Shown here one piece after another: positions 40,231 through 49,072 of a DNA stretch of 64,000 bases; within the stretch, counting starts at the first letter, position 1; every line of letters starts with the position of its first letter. The stretch is from Candidatus Hadarchaeota archaeon (GTDB taxonomy: Archaea > Hadarchaeota > Hadarchaeia > Hadarchaeales > JAGGTB01), in assembly GCA_964384105.1 (NCBI GenBank), contig CAYLJV010000004.1, positions 64,001 through 128,000 on the forward strand. The letters are read 5' to 3'. A program made the position numbers and the translations under genes. The notes beneath the pieces were generated by a model, which searched no databases, had not been told where the DNA came from, and worked only from the letters and a program-made list of their open reading frames with translations.

Positions 40231-40361
40231 TAATACTATATTGATATCTGTATCGTAAAAAATTATTTCGGATTACAAGAAATATTTTTAAAAAATTCAC
40301 GAAGATGGATGGGAACGAATCCGCGATGAAAATTAGGAAAAAGCTTATAATTTAAATGTCA

Positions 40362-40742
40362 TTACTCTTTTTTCTTGAAGAAAAGCCAGTTTTTTGGATT
40401 CTCGTCAGGTTGAAATCTAATTAGGACATAGTTTCCATCTAATTTTTCCCCACGTATTTCGATAATGATCTCATCTTCCTTCCACTTGATAGGATTGTAT
40501 GTTCCTTGATCCCATAGTTCGACCGTCCCCGCTCCGTATTGGCCTTCTTCTATCTCACCTTCGAAGAAAGCGTAGTCCAGAGGATGATCCTCGGTTTGAA
40601 TCGCGAGTCTCTTGTCCGATGGTTTTTTGGAGGGACCTTTAGGTATCGCCCAACTTTTCAGGACCCCTTCCTTCTCCAATCTTAAGTCATAGTGGAGGGT
40701 TGAAGCGTCATGTTTTTGAATCGAATATTTGAGTTCTGCCAT
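40362..40742 (-). CDS. Stand-alone LigD 3'-phosphoesterase domain protein
   Basis: [41 protein letters not shown]. Confidence 0.93.
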   Translation of the reverse strand: MAELKYSIQKHDASTLHYDLRLEKEGVLKSWAIPKGPSKKPSDKRLAIQTEDHPLDYAFFEGEIEEGQYGAGTVELWDQGTYNPIKWKEDEIIIEIRGEKLDGNYVLIRFQPDENPKNWLFFKKKE

Positions 40743-40871
40743 TGTATCTTAAAGCTCTGTTTGTTTAACATATCTATTTGATTTTTCTTTATGAATAGAT
40801 GCTAGCAGGTATTCTTACAGAAATTTATTTGAAAAAAGAAACTAATTCCTAAGAAGGGAGGTGAATACTAT

Positions 40872-42062
40872 ATGAAAAATTCTAAAATTACCCTAGAGAT
40901 TTCCCCAGGCGTTCATTGGGTAGGAGTTAAGGACTGGGATCGAAGAATGTTCGACCGTTTGATTCCATTGCCGAATGGTACTTCTTATAACTCCTATCTT
41001 ATCCAGGGAAATGAAAAGACTGTTCTTGTAGATACGGTAAACCCAGGTTTTGAGGGTGAGTTAGAGGAGAAAGTTCGGCAAATCGTGGACCCTTCGGAAA
41101 TTGACTATATAGTGATGAATCATGCTGAACCGGATCACGCGAATGCTATTTTACATATGTTGTCGTTGACGAATGGCGGTAAAGTACTGATGACGGAGAG
41201 AGGTAAGGAACTAGCCCAGGAACTTCACAATATAACGGAGGATAAGATTAAAGCTGTGGAAGATGGTGAAACACTTGATCTAGGTGGGAAAACCCTAAAG
41301 TTTATTCACGCACCGTGGCTTCACTGGCCCGAGACAATGTTTACTTTCTACGAGGAAAAGGGTGTGTTGTTTCCGTGTGACTTCTTTGGAAGTCATTATG
41401 CCACTAGCAAATTCTTTGATGAACAGCTGGGAGACGAGCTCTTGAACCATGCTAGGACTTACTATGGTGAGATAATGATGCCTTTCAGCAAAATGGTAAA
41501 GCAGGCTCTCGATAAAATCGAGAGTCTTGATATCAGTATTATAGCACCCAGTCACGGTCCGATGTATAAAAATCCAGAGACAATCATTGAAGCCTATGAA
41601 AGTTGGTCAAAAGGCGAGGTCAAGAAAAAAGTTCTCGTTATCTACATATCTATGTGGGGTAGTACCGAAAAGATGGCAAATGCAGTGGTGGATGCTATAA
41701 CTTCAGAGGGCGTGGATGCTGTACCTCTTAACATGGCGACCAGTGATCTCAGCAAGATAGCTGCAGAAATAGTTGATAGTTCAGGGATAATAATAGGGAC
41801 ACCTACTGTTCTTGGCGGATCTCATCCCATGATCCATCATGTTGCATATCTGGCTAGAAAGTTAAGCCCGCCGACTAAATTTGTAGGAGTGATTGAGTCG
41901 TACGGTTGGTCTGGAGGTGCTACTAAACAACTCTCGGAACTTCTTGGAAATCTGGACGCTGAAACCGTGGGTGCTGTAGAGGTTTTGGGTTCACCAAAAG
42001 AAGAAGATTTAGAGAAAATAGCCGATTTAGGACGAGATATTGCTAAAAAGGTCAAAGAATAA
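40872..42062 (+). CDS. fprA: Flavodiiron protein (A-type flavoprotein)
   Basis: GTSYNSY, NHAEPDH, HWPE, APSHG, SMWGSTE flavodoxin loop. Confidence 0.95.
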   Translation: MKNSKITLEISPGVHWVGVKDWDRRMFDRLIPLPNGTSYNSYLIQGNEKTVLVDTVNPGFEGELEEKVRQIVDPSEIDYIVMNHAEPDHANAILHMLSLTNGGKVLMTERGKELAQELHNITEDKIKAVEDGETLDLGGKTLKFIHAPWLHWPETMFTFYEEKGVLFPCDFFGSHYATSKFFDEQLGDELLNHARTYYGEIMMPFSKMVKQALDKIESLDISIIAPSHGPMYKNPETIIEAYESWSKGEVKKKVLVIYISMWGSTEKMANAVVDAITSEGVDAVPLNMATSDLSKIAAEIVDSSGIIIGTPTVLGGSHPMIHHVAYLARKLSPPTKFVGVIESYGWSGGATKQLSELLGNLDAETVGAVEVLGSPKEEDLEKIADLGRDIAKKVKE

Positions 42063-42162
42063 GAGCGATTCCGCTTTAAATGGAGTTGAATTTGGAAATT
42101 TATTTCCTTCTTTATTATTTTTTTAAGGAGGATTTCCATTTTTTCTTTTTTTATGGCTGGAT

Positions 42163-42396
42163 TTACTCGCCTGTTACAATGCTGGTAGTTGTTTTATTGA
42201 CCCCATCAATTTCCCTTATTTTTTCGATAACTTCTCCTGTGATCGTAGACATATCCTCTGCCTCGACTTGAAGAATTACGTCAAACGAACCAGTAACCAT
42301 ATGCGCTTTTTTTACTCCCTTTACCTTTTTTGTTTTCTCGAAAACTTCTCTGAGTTGCCCAATATCCGTCTTTATCAATACAAAACCTGAAACCAT
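42163..42396 (-). CDS. Stand-alone Lrp/AsnC ligand-binding (RAM) domain
   Basis: VTGSFDVI..IREIDGVNKTTT. Confidence 0.88.
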   Translation of the reverse strand: MVSGFVLIKTDIGQLREVFEKTKKVKGVKKAHMVTGSFDVILQVEAEDMSTITGEVIEKIREIDGVNKTTTSIVTGE

Positions 42397-42491
42397 ATAT
42401 TCAACCTCATCTTCTCTTTTCCTTGTAATGCTTTTTAACTTACTCTCTTTCTACGATGTTTTAGTAGTTAAAGGGGGCAGGGACCTTGTGT

Positions 42492-42617
42492 CTACTTCTT
42501 GAGATGCCCAGTTCCACCGCATGCGGAGCATATTAGGGGGAGAATCGTACCTTTTTGTATATTTTTAGCTGGGAGTGTCCCCTTTCCACTACATCGGTCA
42601 CAAAGTTTTTTACTCAT
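42492..42617 (-). CDS. 41-aa DnaJ-type zinc-finger microprotein (not in ORF track)
   Basis: MSKKLCDRCSGKGTLPAKNIQKGTILPLICSACGGTGHLKK*: two CxxCxGxG motifs. Confidence 0.8.
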   Translation of the reverse strand: MSKKLCDRCSGKGTLPAKNIQKGTILPLICSACGGTGHLKK

Positions 42618-42745
42618 ATTCATTTCTTTACGGATTTAGATTATACTTATTAAAGCTAATCAATCCAGTATTCAAACTAATTTTTTCGAAAGTTCTGTCG
42701 GTGTGAATAAAAAGGTGGGCGACCATATTTGTTTCTAGATTCGAG

Positions 42746-44053
42746 ATGAAGACCTCTATTGCTTTTATATTGATCGGCGTTATTGTTGTGGCAGTTTTCG
42801 GTAGTTATCTAGCTTTTGAAGGTGAATTGTTAACTGAAGATTCGGAGAATGAGCATATAATAGTCACCGAAAATTCTGTAGTTGTATCTAGCCTTGACAA
42901 AGAACTAATAGGTCAGAGAATTGAACAGGGAAAGAATTTTCTTCTTGAGATGGAACACGAAAATTTACATGGTTTTTATAGATTCTACTATCCTTTTGAA
43001 GATAGATTTGGTAGAGAATTAGTAACTGCTTATTCGGCCTCGATAGTTTATACTCTTTTATATTACAACAACTATTTTCGAGAAAATGAATCAATTTTGA
43101 GAAAATTGCCTGAATGGGTGGGCTTCATAACTTCGATGCAAAATTTAGAAAAAGATAGCAGGGCATTTGGGGCTTTTCACGATTCTTATAATTTATTTGT
43201 CCAGGCAAAAGAAAATACTTTTGGAGTAGGAACTAGCGCATTATCTATTTTTACTTTACTTGAACTTTATGAGCAGACTGATAATCTTCAGTATCTGAAA
43301 TCAGCTAGGATGGCAGGAGATTGGTTGATCGCTATGCAGAATCCCGATGGTTCTATGACCTCTTCAGTCAGGAGGGGACCTGATGGAGAGTGGAGTAGCG
43401 ATAATTTAGAATCCCTTCTTTATCAAGGGCAAGTTTTATCCTCTCTTTCGAGGCTTTACGGAATTACCGATGAAGAAAAATACTACAAGGCGGCTAGTAA
43501 AATTGCTGGTAGTTTTTTAGAAAAATATGAAAGAGCTGAGGGATATATCAGAGGAGATTACAGAGATGAAAATCCGATATCGAACTCGTGGGTAGTTATG
43601 TCCTTAATTGATTTTTACAGAGCTAGTGGAAATGAAAGGTGCAAGAAGGTAATTCTCGAATTGAGCGGTTTAGTTTTGCAAGACCAAATTGAGGACAAGT
43701 GGGACTCTCGTAATTTTGGAAGGTGGAGTGGGACAATTTATACAAGCGGTAATGGCTGGATGACAGAGGTAATGACGGAAACTTATCGGTTTTGTTTGGA
43801 AGAAGGCGAAGAAAATTGTGAGAAATATAGAGAGTCTGTTGTCAAGGGAGTGAGGTGGCTTATTCAATATACTTATTCCGAAGAGCATAGAAATCTATCT
43901 GATATTTCGGAAAGGGCTGTAGGGAGCCTCGTTCGATCTATGAAGAAAAGCGAAGTGAGGACTGATTCTGTGTGTCATGCTTTGAATAGTTACATTAGAA
44001 TTTGGGACTATTTGGAGGATGGGATTTTAATTTCGATTCCTGGAGATGATTAA
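42746..44053 (+). CDS. Secreted alpha/alpha toroid (six-hairpin glycosidase/prenyltransferase-like) protein
   Basis: N-terminal TM, WLIAMQNPDGS QW-like motif, repeated LY..T....Y...A helical hairpins. Confidence 0.65.
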   Translation: MKTSIAFILIGVIVVAVFGSYLAFEGELLTEDSENEHIIVTENSVVVSSLDKELIGQRIEQGKNFLLEMEHENLHGFYRFYYPFEDRFGRELVTAYSASIVYTLLYYNNYFRENESILRKLPEWVGFITSMQNLEKDSRAFGAFHDSYNLFVQAKENTFGVGTSALSIFTLLELYEQTDNLQYLKSARMAGDWLIAMQNPDGSMTSSVRRGPDGEWSSDNLESLLYQGQVLSSLSRLYGITDEEKYYKAASKIAGSFLEKYERAEGYIRGDYRDENPISNSWVVMSLIDFYRASGNERCKKVILELSGLVLQDQIEDKWDSRNFGRWSGTIYTSGNGWMTEVMTETYRFCLEEGEENCEKYRESVVKGVRWLIQYTYSEEHRNLSDISERAVGSLVRSMKKSEVRTDSVCHALNSYIRIWDYLEDGILISIPGDD

Positions 44054-44116
44054 AAATCAATCTAGGAAATTGCTCTGACTATTAATTAAGAACTTTTGAA
44101 AAAATCGGTTTTTTAT

Positions 44117-44662
44117 TTAGCTTACTGTTTTAAGCTCGTCTATAATCCTGTTGAAGTTTGAATTTTTCCAATCTCTCAATTCGTCGGTTTTGTAACCGTG
44201 TTCTGAAGTCAACTGAGTTAAAATTTCTCTGAAGTTTACTATTATGAATTTGAAAACATCTTTGCTTATTTTTAGAGTTTTTGTTTTGAGAGCTAAATAG
44301 CCGGCTAAGTCAATCACGCTGGGGTATATATTGAATATATCTTTTTCCGGACTTTCCGGGAAGTAAGCTTCGAATATTTTCCATTTTCTTTTTATTATTT
44401 TTGGATCGGTTTCTTCTTTGAGAAAATCTAGACAGTAATGAAGGTCCATTATTTCTAATCCTAATTCTCCAAAATCATAATATGCAATACTTCTGTTCTC
44501 AATGTCCATCCATGCTCTTCTATTGAAATCGTGATTCTGAAATATGAAATCTTTTTCCTTAGGAAAGGAAGTTAATATCTCAATATTTTCTATTGAATCG
44601 CTTAGTTTTCCCCATTCTAGGAATCTCTCTACCCATTTTTCATGAGTTTTCCATTCTGGCAT
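44117..44662 (-). CDS. Hypothetical protein, putative metal-dependent hydrolase
   Basis: MPEWKTH, NHDF, LHYCLD spaced His/Asp motifs. Confidence 0.55.
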   Translation of the reverse strand: MPEWKTHEKWVERFLEWGKLSDSIENIEILTSFPKEKDFIFQNHDFNRRAWMDIENRSIAYYDFGELGLEIMDLHYCLDFLKEETDPKIIKRKWKIFEAYFPESPEKDIFNIYPSVIDLAGYLALKTKTLKISKDVFKFIIVNFREILTQLTSEHGYKTDELRDWKNSNFNRIIDELKTVS

Positions 44663-44796
44663 ATTAGTAAACTGGGTTTAGGTAGGCTAAAAAGACTAGG
44701 CAGTTCATTAATTCATTTTTTTGAAATATGTGGATTAGATTGATCTAGATTAACAAAATTATATTATTGGCGATTGTTCGAAATAAAACTGTTTTA

Positions 44797-44898
44797 AGGG
44801 CGGTTTCCTTGACTTGGATGGAGGTGAGTCAACATCGGAGGAAACAGCCGACGAAACCCCCTCAGTTGGTTCTTTTCAGCATTGTCTTCGCCGCCCTC
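44797..44898 (-). ncRNA. GC-rich three-way-junction RNA candidate with anti-SD loops
   Basis: Minus strand ggtttc/gaaacc, gtcgg/ccgat, ttgac/gtcaa enclosing TCACCTCC. Confidence 0.45.
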
Positions 44899-44927
44899 TG
44901 TTTTTAGATTTTCTTTGTGATCATTTA

Positions 44928-45113
44928 TTAAGGTGTTCTGCTAGTAAGAGGTCCTCCGGTTTCCCATTTACTATTGCTGAATTCTTTGTTTTCTTCGTAG
45001 CAGTCCTTATGCGCTGAAATGATTTCCTCGTCTACTTCATCGAACACTACTTTTCGATCATTTTTCCAAAGATTTTCTCCGCATATATCACATTTTTTTT
45101 CTTTACTCATCAC
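44928..45113 (-). CDS. Small zinc-finger protein
   Basis: CDIC and HKDC pairs. Confidence 0.65.
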   Translation of the reverse strand: MMSKEKKCDICGENLWKNDRKVVFDEVDEEIISAHKDCYEENKEFSNSKWETGGPLTSRTP

Positions 45114-45287
45114 AGCTAAATGAATGGAATTTGGGTAATTAATATAATGCTATTTATAAGGGGGATGTTGCGATTCGCGGATTAATCCATTATTCATTTA
45201 TAAAGAGACGTTTTATTTTTCTATGGATGTGGCTCTGGAAAGCTATCCTCTTTAAGTATAAACTAAACATTAGAAAGAGAGAAGAAG

Positions 45288-46229
45288 ATGACGTACAGAA
45301 TTGCTGTATCGAATCAGAAGGGAGGAGTTGGTAAGACAACTATTTGTCTTCATCTAGCTGTTGCTGTTGCTAATAAGGGAAGAAAAGTTTTGATAGTTGA
45401 TCTTGATCCTTCTGGTTATCTATCTGAGCATTTAGGCTTAGATCAGTATTATGAAGAGAATCAAAACAGTCTCGCTTATCATTTAGTTGAGGGTCCCCGT
45501 GAAAACCCCGAGGGGGCTATTTTGAAAACGGGGGAGGGGATTGATGTGGTTCCCTCAGACTATGATATGCGGGGTGTAGAGGATAGACTGAGTGCAAAGA
45601 GAAATCGGGAAATGCGGTTGAAATTTTTCCTAGACCAGATAGACGATAAGTATGATTATACTTTTGTGGATTCGCCACCTTCTGTGGGAATACTTTACGA
45701 TAATGCCATACTTGCCTGCGAAAAGGTGGTCATACCGATTAAGGATGAGGATATGAGTATTGTTTCTATCCACAGAGCTTTGGACGAGATCGATGAGATA
45801 GAAAAAGCATTTGGAACTACTATAGAAATTCTTGCTATCGTCCCGAATCTGGTTAGGCCCGATGGAGTGGCTAATTCCACTCTGGAACGGTTGAGAAGTA
45901 CAGAGGGTCTGAAAGAATTTTTAACCCCTTTCGAAATCAGGCAGAGAGTTGCCATTAGAAGAGCTATGAGTAATAGAACTACGTTGTTTAAACACAAACC
46001 ATCGTGTGACCAAACGGAAAATTTTGAAAAGTTGGCAGAACTAGTAATATCTAGATGTGAGGAAGCGGTGGATTACCAAGAATTGGCTAGTCAGAATATT
46101 TCCGATATAAAGAGCAAGTCTAAAGAGTTTGACCTGGATTACGGAAAGTTACTGGATGTAGAGAAAGAGAACAAAGACAGAAAGACACTCAAGAGTTGGC
46201 TAGAAAGTAAAATCAAGGGGGAAAAATAG
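45288..46229 (+). CDS. parA: ParA/Soj family ATPase with C-terminal extension
   Basis: QKGGVGKTT deviant Walker A, VDLDP, DSPP. Confidence 0.92.
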   Translation: MTYRIAVSNQKGGVGKTTICLHLAVAVANKGRKVLIVDLDPSGYLSEHLGLDQYYEENQNSLAYHLVEGPRENPEGAILKTGEGIDVVPSDYDMRGVEDRLSAKRNREMRLKFFLDQIDDKYDYTFVDSPPSVGILYDNAILACEKVVIPIKDEDMSIVSIHRALDEIDEIEKAFGTTIEILAIVPNLVRPDGVANSTLERLRSTEGLKEFLTPFEIRQRVAIRRAMSNRTTLFKHKPSCDQTENFEKLAELVISRCEEAVDYQELASQNISDIKSKSKEFDLDYGKLLDVEKENKDRKTLKSWLESKIKGEK

Positions 46230-46635
46230 ATGCCAGAAGAGATAAATCTAGAAGAGATGAAGAAAGTTGAGCAGAAGAAGTAAAATTAGCGAAGATGAAG
46301 CTAATAAGCTAGCTAATCGTTTAGTTAAGAGGCTCAGCGGTGAAAAGGAAACAAAGAAGGAAAGATTAAGACTTGGGGACCGACTTGGAAGGGATGATAA
46401 GGAATCGGAAAGTGGTTCTTCAGTGGAAGAGAACAAGAAGGTCTCTGATTTCTTCAATGAGTTCGAAAAATTGACAGGCAGATATCCAGAATTAAAAAAC
46501 GTCAAGGTAAGTCAGTTAAAACAAGTTATTTCCCAAGTAGGCATGAAACATCCAAAAGAAGTCGCTGATATGTTGAGAGAGAGTGAATATAAATCTGAGC
46601 TACGTGAGATGAAGGATAAGTGGATTACTCACTAA
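46230..46635 (+). CDS. Putative ParA partner protein; apparent +1 frameshift near 46263 or TTG start at 46267
   Basis: ATG 46230 with GGGGG SD gives MPEEINLEEMKK, main ORF continues in +1 frame. Confidence 0.55.
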
Positions 46636-46651
46636 ATGAGTTTACTTGGTT

Positions 46652-48046
46652 TTATAGAATTTCGATAAACCTTATTTTCTGACTTTTTGTAAAGGACCAA
46701 TCAGTCTCTGTGAATTCAGCCCCTACTGCCAGGTCTCCGGGATAGAGACCACCAGTGCTTTCTAAAACAAGCCAATTTTGATCATCTTTATTCCAATATG
46801 TGTAGGATAATGTAGTGCCGTAGTAAACGTCTATTGCTTTCATTATTTCCTCTGTCCTATTTTTGTCTCCTATGTATATCGAAGTAAAAGCGTGGTTTTC
46901 GGTAAGGATTATCCGGACTTCTCCGTCGATTGCTTCGATCATACTGGCCAGTAGGATGGAATGATCCTCACAATCCCCACCTTTTATGTTTAGAGTTTCT
47001 TCAGCTTGGGACCAGTAATCTTCTCCTGGTTCGTCTTCTATATAGTCTATTTCTTTTCTTACCCAATCGAAAAGAGCACAGATTTTATAGATATTATATC
47101 CCTCACCGTAACTTTCTGTTATCTCGCTTGCTTTTTCAGATATTAATTTAGAATCAGGATCTACCAAACCATCAATTTTGTTGAAGTAGAAGTACTCCGC
47201 TTGTATGTACTCCATCTGAATGTCATCTTCTAGTTCTTTGAAAGCGTAGCTATTCGGATCCACCCATTTTGTGCCAAAGTCGTACCACTCTTGTCTTCTG
47301 TCTCGTGCCAACAGAGATATGCCAAATTTAACCTCGTATTCTCCTGGTTGTTCTGGCCCTCCAAATGATAGTAAACCCAAGTTTTGTTCCTTTCCGGGTT
47401 CGACTGTGAAGCCTACTTCTTTTGAATGCCAATGTTCATCTTCCATCCATTCTCCGCTTACACCAACTTTGTATACAAATATTGGATTTTCGCCCCTGTT
47501 TTTTACAGTGACATCTACAACGCCACCTCGCTTTACATAAAAACGATGTCGAGCCCATTCTAATGAGAAGGCATATCCCGGGGGGAAATTAGAGTCTACT
47601 GATGGAGGTTCCTCATAATTATTTGGATCGTAATCCGGGACGGCAGGTGCCTCGCTGTTACTGTAGGTTATGTTTGGGATTTTCGCTTCGATCTCTCTTG
47701 TAGAGTTTCCTACTGATATTGTATGAAAACCGGCCTCTGTGAACTCTTTTTTGAAAGTGTATTCTTTCTCTTCCTTTCCACTAAGAAAGAGTTCTTCAGT
47801 ATGTTCTATTTTTCCATCAATTTTCAGTATGAGATTGTAGAAACCATTTTCATCGCCAATATTTTTAATCCTAAATGAGATTGTGGTTTGTTTATTTAGC
47901 TCGGTAGGTGTAGGTGTTATTTCTAGATCGGCTATTGTGAACTCTGCAGGTGATTTCTTTTCTGTATTGTAATATTGGAGTATAATAAGCGATGTCAAAA
48001 CAACAAGGATGATGATAGCTATACTTATTTTGGTGGAATTTTTTAT
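46652..48046 (-). CDS. Membrane-anchored CARDB/Ig-fold plus transglutaminase-like domain protein; probable ATA start
   Basis: GGDCEDHSILL, NHAF triad; upstream in-frame KNSTKISIAIIILVV completes the anchor. Confidence 0.8.
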   Translation of the reverse strand: MKNSTKISIAIIILVVLTSLIILQYYNTEKKSPAEFTIADLEITPTPTELNKQTTISFRIKNIGDENGFYNLILKIDGKIEHTEELFLSGKEEKEYTFKKEFTEAGFHTISVGNSTREIEAKIPNITYSNSEAPAVPDYDPNNYEEPPSVDSNFPPGYAFSLEWARHRFYVKRGGVVDVTVKNRGENPIFVYKVGVSGEWMEDEHWHSKEVGFTVEPGKEQNLGLLSFGGPEQPGEYEVKFGISLLARDRRQEWYDFGTKWVDPNSYAFKELEDDIQMEYIQAEYFYFNKIDGLVDPDSKLISEKASEITESYGEGYNIYKICALFDWVRKEIDYIEDEPGEDYWSQAEETLNIKGGDCEDHSILLASMIEAIDGEVRIILTENHAFTSIYIGDKNRTEEIMKAIDVYYGTTLSYTYWNKDDQNWLVLESTGGLYPGDLAVGAEFTETDWSFTKSQKIRFIEIL

Positions 48047-48224
48047 TTTGACACCTTTTTTAGAATATTTTGACTTCAGAGTTATCTTGTTTGTGCAGAT
48101 TTTTAAATAATAGATAGTTCTCAGTTGCTTAGCTGTGGTTTTGTGGTGTGAACTCCCATGTTTCTAACGTTTTTCCTTATTTATTATTTAATTAATAGGA
48201 GATCCAAATAATAGCACGGATTCT

Positions 48225-48545
48225 ATGAGCAAGGATTTAGAAATAGATACAAAGGAAGGTATAGAATTTTTAGAGAAGTATGATGGGGTACGAGAAGGAT
48301 AAGAAAATTTCAGTTAAAGAAATACTTGGCCTTTCGGGAAAAACTGTAGAGAATTGATAGATGAAACGGAACAGAACTGGAACAAATCCCGAAGGGAGAG
48401 GGGGTTCTCAACTGAACATCAGATTGGCAGATTCAAAAAATGGTTAGAAAAGAGAGTTATAGCGATCATACTATTTCCAATCCTTCGGGAGGGGTCCGAA
48501 CTTTCTATAACTTCAACAAGTTTTACTAAACTCAAGCAGGCTTAA
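48225..48545 (+). pseudogene. Degraded N-terminal (core-binding) part of an archaeal tyrosine integrase
   Basis: Fragments across stop/frameshifts: LKKYLAF, RELIDETE..SRRERG..FKKWL, YSDHTI..GGVRTFYNFN. Confidence 0.5.
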
Positions 48546-48894
48546 TTCGAGGAATAGTGCAAAGCCAGAAACTCAAGTTATGGCTATTGATTGTAAGAAG
48601 ATGAGAAAAATATACAATTCTACCAATTCAAAACGAAACAAATCACTCTTATTATTCCTTTATTCCTGTATCAGACAGGGCAATCATCAAGTCAAATATC
48701 CGAGCTGTATTACGGTGATGTGAGTCCAGAGTTAAAAAAGAAAAAATACCCCTTAAAGATTTCATACATCGAGCGTAAAGGTTCTGGACTAAGTTCTTGC
48801 ACTTTCTTAGGTGCTGACGCGATTGAGGCTTTAAAATATTATCACGACAAGCAACCCGAAAGACATATATAACAACTTTTCTTTCTTGAAATCT

Positions 48895-48953
48895 GGCGAT
48901 GAGGTCCGCCTTGACCATTTGGTCTGAACTGTCCGTTAGGCTGATGACTTCTG
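48895..48953 (+). promoter_or_regulatory. Fluoride (crcB-motif) riboswitch
   Basis: GGCGATGAGGTCCGCC...AACTGTCC..GGCTGATGACTTCTG consensus, GAGGTC/GACTTC pseudoknot; TATATAA at 48866-48872. Confidence 0.9.
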
Positions 48954-48976
48954 TGAATTGAAAGGAAGTTTCAGCC

Positions 48977-49072
48977 ATGTTCAAAATATACCCGTATGAA
49001 AAAAGAAGAGATCCCAATACAAGAACTATTCTAACATTTCTCACCAATAAGGGGGTCAAAACTTGCTTTTAG
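48977..49072 (+). CDS. Putative 31-aa leader uORF overlapping the antiporter start
   Basis: AAAGGAAG SD, MFKIYPYEKRRDPNTRTILTFLTNKGVKTCF*. Confidence 0.4.
   Translation: MFKIYPYEKRRDPNTRTILTFLTNKGVKTCF

Noticed and set aside
42470-42590. GC-rich stretch with apparent pairings, first read as an ncRNA
   Set aside because: Fully explained by the minus-strand CxxCxGxG microprotein ORF.
48652-49059. 135-aa minus-strand ORF in the track
   Set aside because: Antisense to the fluoride riboswitch and its promoter; no recognisable motifs.
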